DNA of 16,580 nucleotides. It comes from Candidatus Thorarchaeota archaeon. Its GTDB lineage: Archaea; Asgardarchaeota; Thorarchaeia; Thorarchaeales; Thorarchaeaceae. The notes under the pieces were generated by a model. The model did no database searches. It had not been told where the DNA came from and saw only the letters and a list, made by a program, of their open reading frames with translations. Location: assembly GCA_048882385.1 (NCBI GenBank), contig JBHLRQ010000073.1, positions 1 to 16,580 of the forward strand, read 5' to 3'. The position numbers were made by a program, and so were the translations under genes. Of this stretch, positions 15,778-16,580 are shown piece by piece; positions within the stretch are counted from its first letter, which is position 1; each line of letters opens with the position of its first letter.

Positions 15778-16575
15778 GTGCCTGTCTTGTCACCAAAAGA
15801 GGAAGACCCCTTTGAGAACCTTTCCCCGGGGTATGAAGGAGTAGGAGAGTTCTATGACCTCTTTGCAGACAATGCAGATGTGCCCTTCTACATTAAATGC
15901 GCTGAGCAATTTGGTTCACCAATACTAGACCTGGCTGCTGGTACTGGTAGAGTGACTTTTGCTCTTGCTCAGAAAGGACATGAGATTGTGGCTCTTGAGC
16001 AGTCTCCGTCAATGCTTTCTAAAGCAAAGAGTCGCCTTCAAAACTTTCCTATTCAAATTGCGAACCGAATTACCTTGATTAAAGGTTCCATGATTAATTT
16101 CAATCTTGAAAAGAAATTTCGATTGATTATAATCCCAACCTCTTTCGCACATGCATTGACATCTGAAGACCAGCTTTCCGCTCTTCGGTGTGTAAGACGA
16201 CACCTGCAGGATGACGGGAGATTCATTCTGGATTTATTCCCTGCTGGGCTGCAATACGAGCGAGCCTCATTTGAAGACACGCCAATAGAACTAGATGATG
16301 GTCGGTCAGTAACACGAATTGGACAGATTCATTCCGACCTCGCAAAACAACTAATGAGAGTCGATCTACAATATCTTGTGCGTGACTCTAATAACCAGTT
16401 GATTGACAAATTAGATATTGTTTCTGGAGTCGCTCTGATTTTCAATAGAGAGGCAGACCTCCTTATTCGACTTTCTGGATTTGAAGTTGATGAAGAGTTT
16501 GGAGATTTTGAAGGTAATCCATACACTTCAGAATCTGGGAGAAGAATATTCATTCTCAGAAAAAAGGATGAATAG
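15778..16575 (+). CDS. Class I SAM-dependent methyltransferase
   Basis: FYDLF...DVPFY, ILDLAAGTGRV (motif I), ALEQSPSML, GSM..F, HLQDDGRFILD, SGFEV..FGDF. Confidence 0.92.
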   Translation: MPVLSPKEEDPFENLSPGYEGVGEFYDLFADNADVPFYIKCAEQFGSPILDLAAGTGRVTFALAQKGHEIVALEQSPSMLSKAKSRLQNFPIQIANRITLIKGSMINFNLEKKFRLIIIPTSFAHALTSEDQLSALRCVRRHLQDDGRFILDLFPAGLQYERASFEDTPIELDDGRSVTRIGQIHSDLAKQLMRVDLQYLVRDSNNQLIDKLDIVSGVALIFNREADLLIRLSGFEVDEEFGDFEGNPYTSESGRRIFILRKKDE

Positions 16576-16580
16576 GAGAG

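Noticed and set aside
1-16580. CRISPR array, transposase, integrase or prophage
   Set aside because: No regularly spaced direct repeats and no mobile-element protein motifs seen.

Overview
Gene-dense archaeal chromosomal segment, most likely Asgard and Thorarchaeia-like. This is inferred from a stand-alone gelsolin-domain gene, fwdDBA, small zinc-ribbon proteins and archaeal-type SD/TATA signals. Left to right it holds: a secreted YtcJ-like amidohydrolase running off the left edge; a hexapeptide acyltransferase; a CE4/NodB deacetylase with an apparently permuted motif order; a VOC protein; a protein with four internal beta-beta-beta-alpha repeats; an unannotated 57-aa tail-anchored ORF; small hypotheticals; a single-domain gelsolin; a Zn-dependent dehydrogenase and a cupin. 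Next is a minus-strand block E1alpha-E1beta-E2-Zn ribbon-(structured non-coding element)-LplA-AhpD with no E3 in the window, divergent from fwdDBA (no fwdC in the window) and a SAM methyltransferase. Best leads: (1) a ~145-nt GC-rich, pseudoknotted intergenic RNA-like element at 8176-8317 that matches no family I recognise; (2) a 2-oxoacid dehydrogenase/LplA/AhpD block that may be a lipoyl-dependent thiol-reduction system; (3) a hairpin-rich leader between the E1alpha gene and fwdD. No tRNA, rRNA, CRISPR array or transposase was seen.
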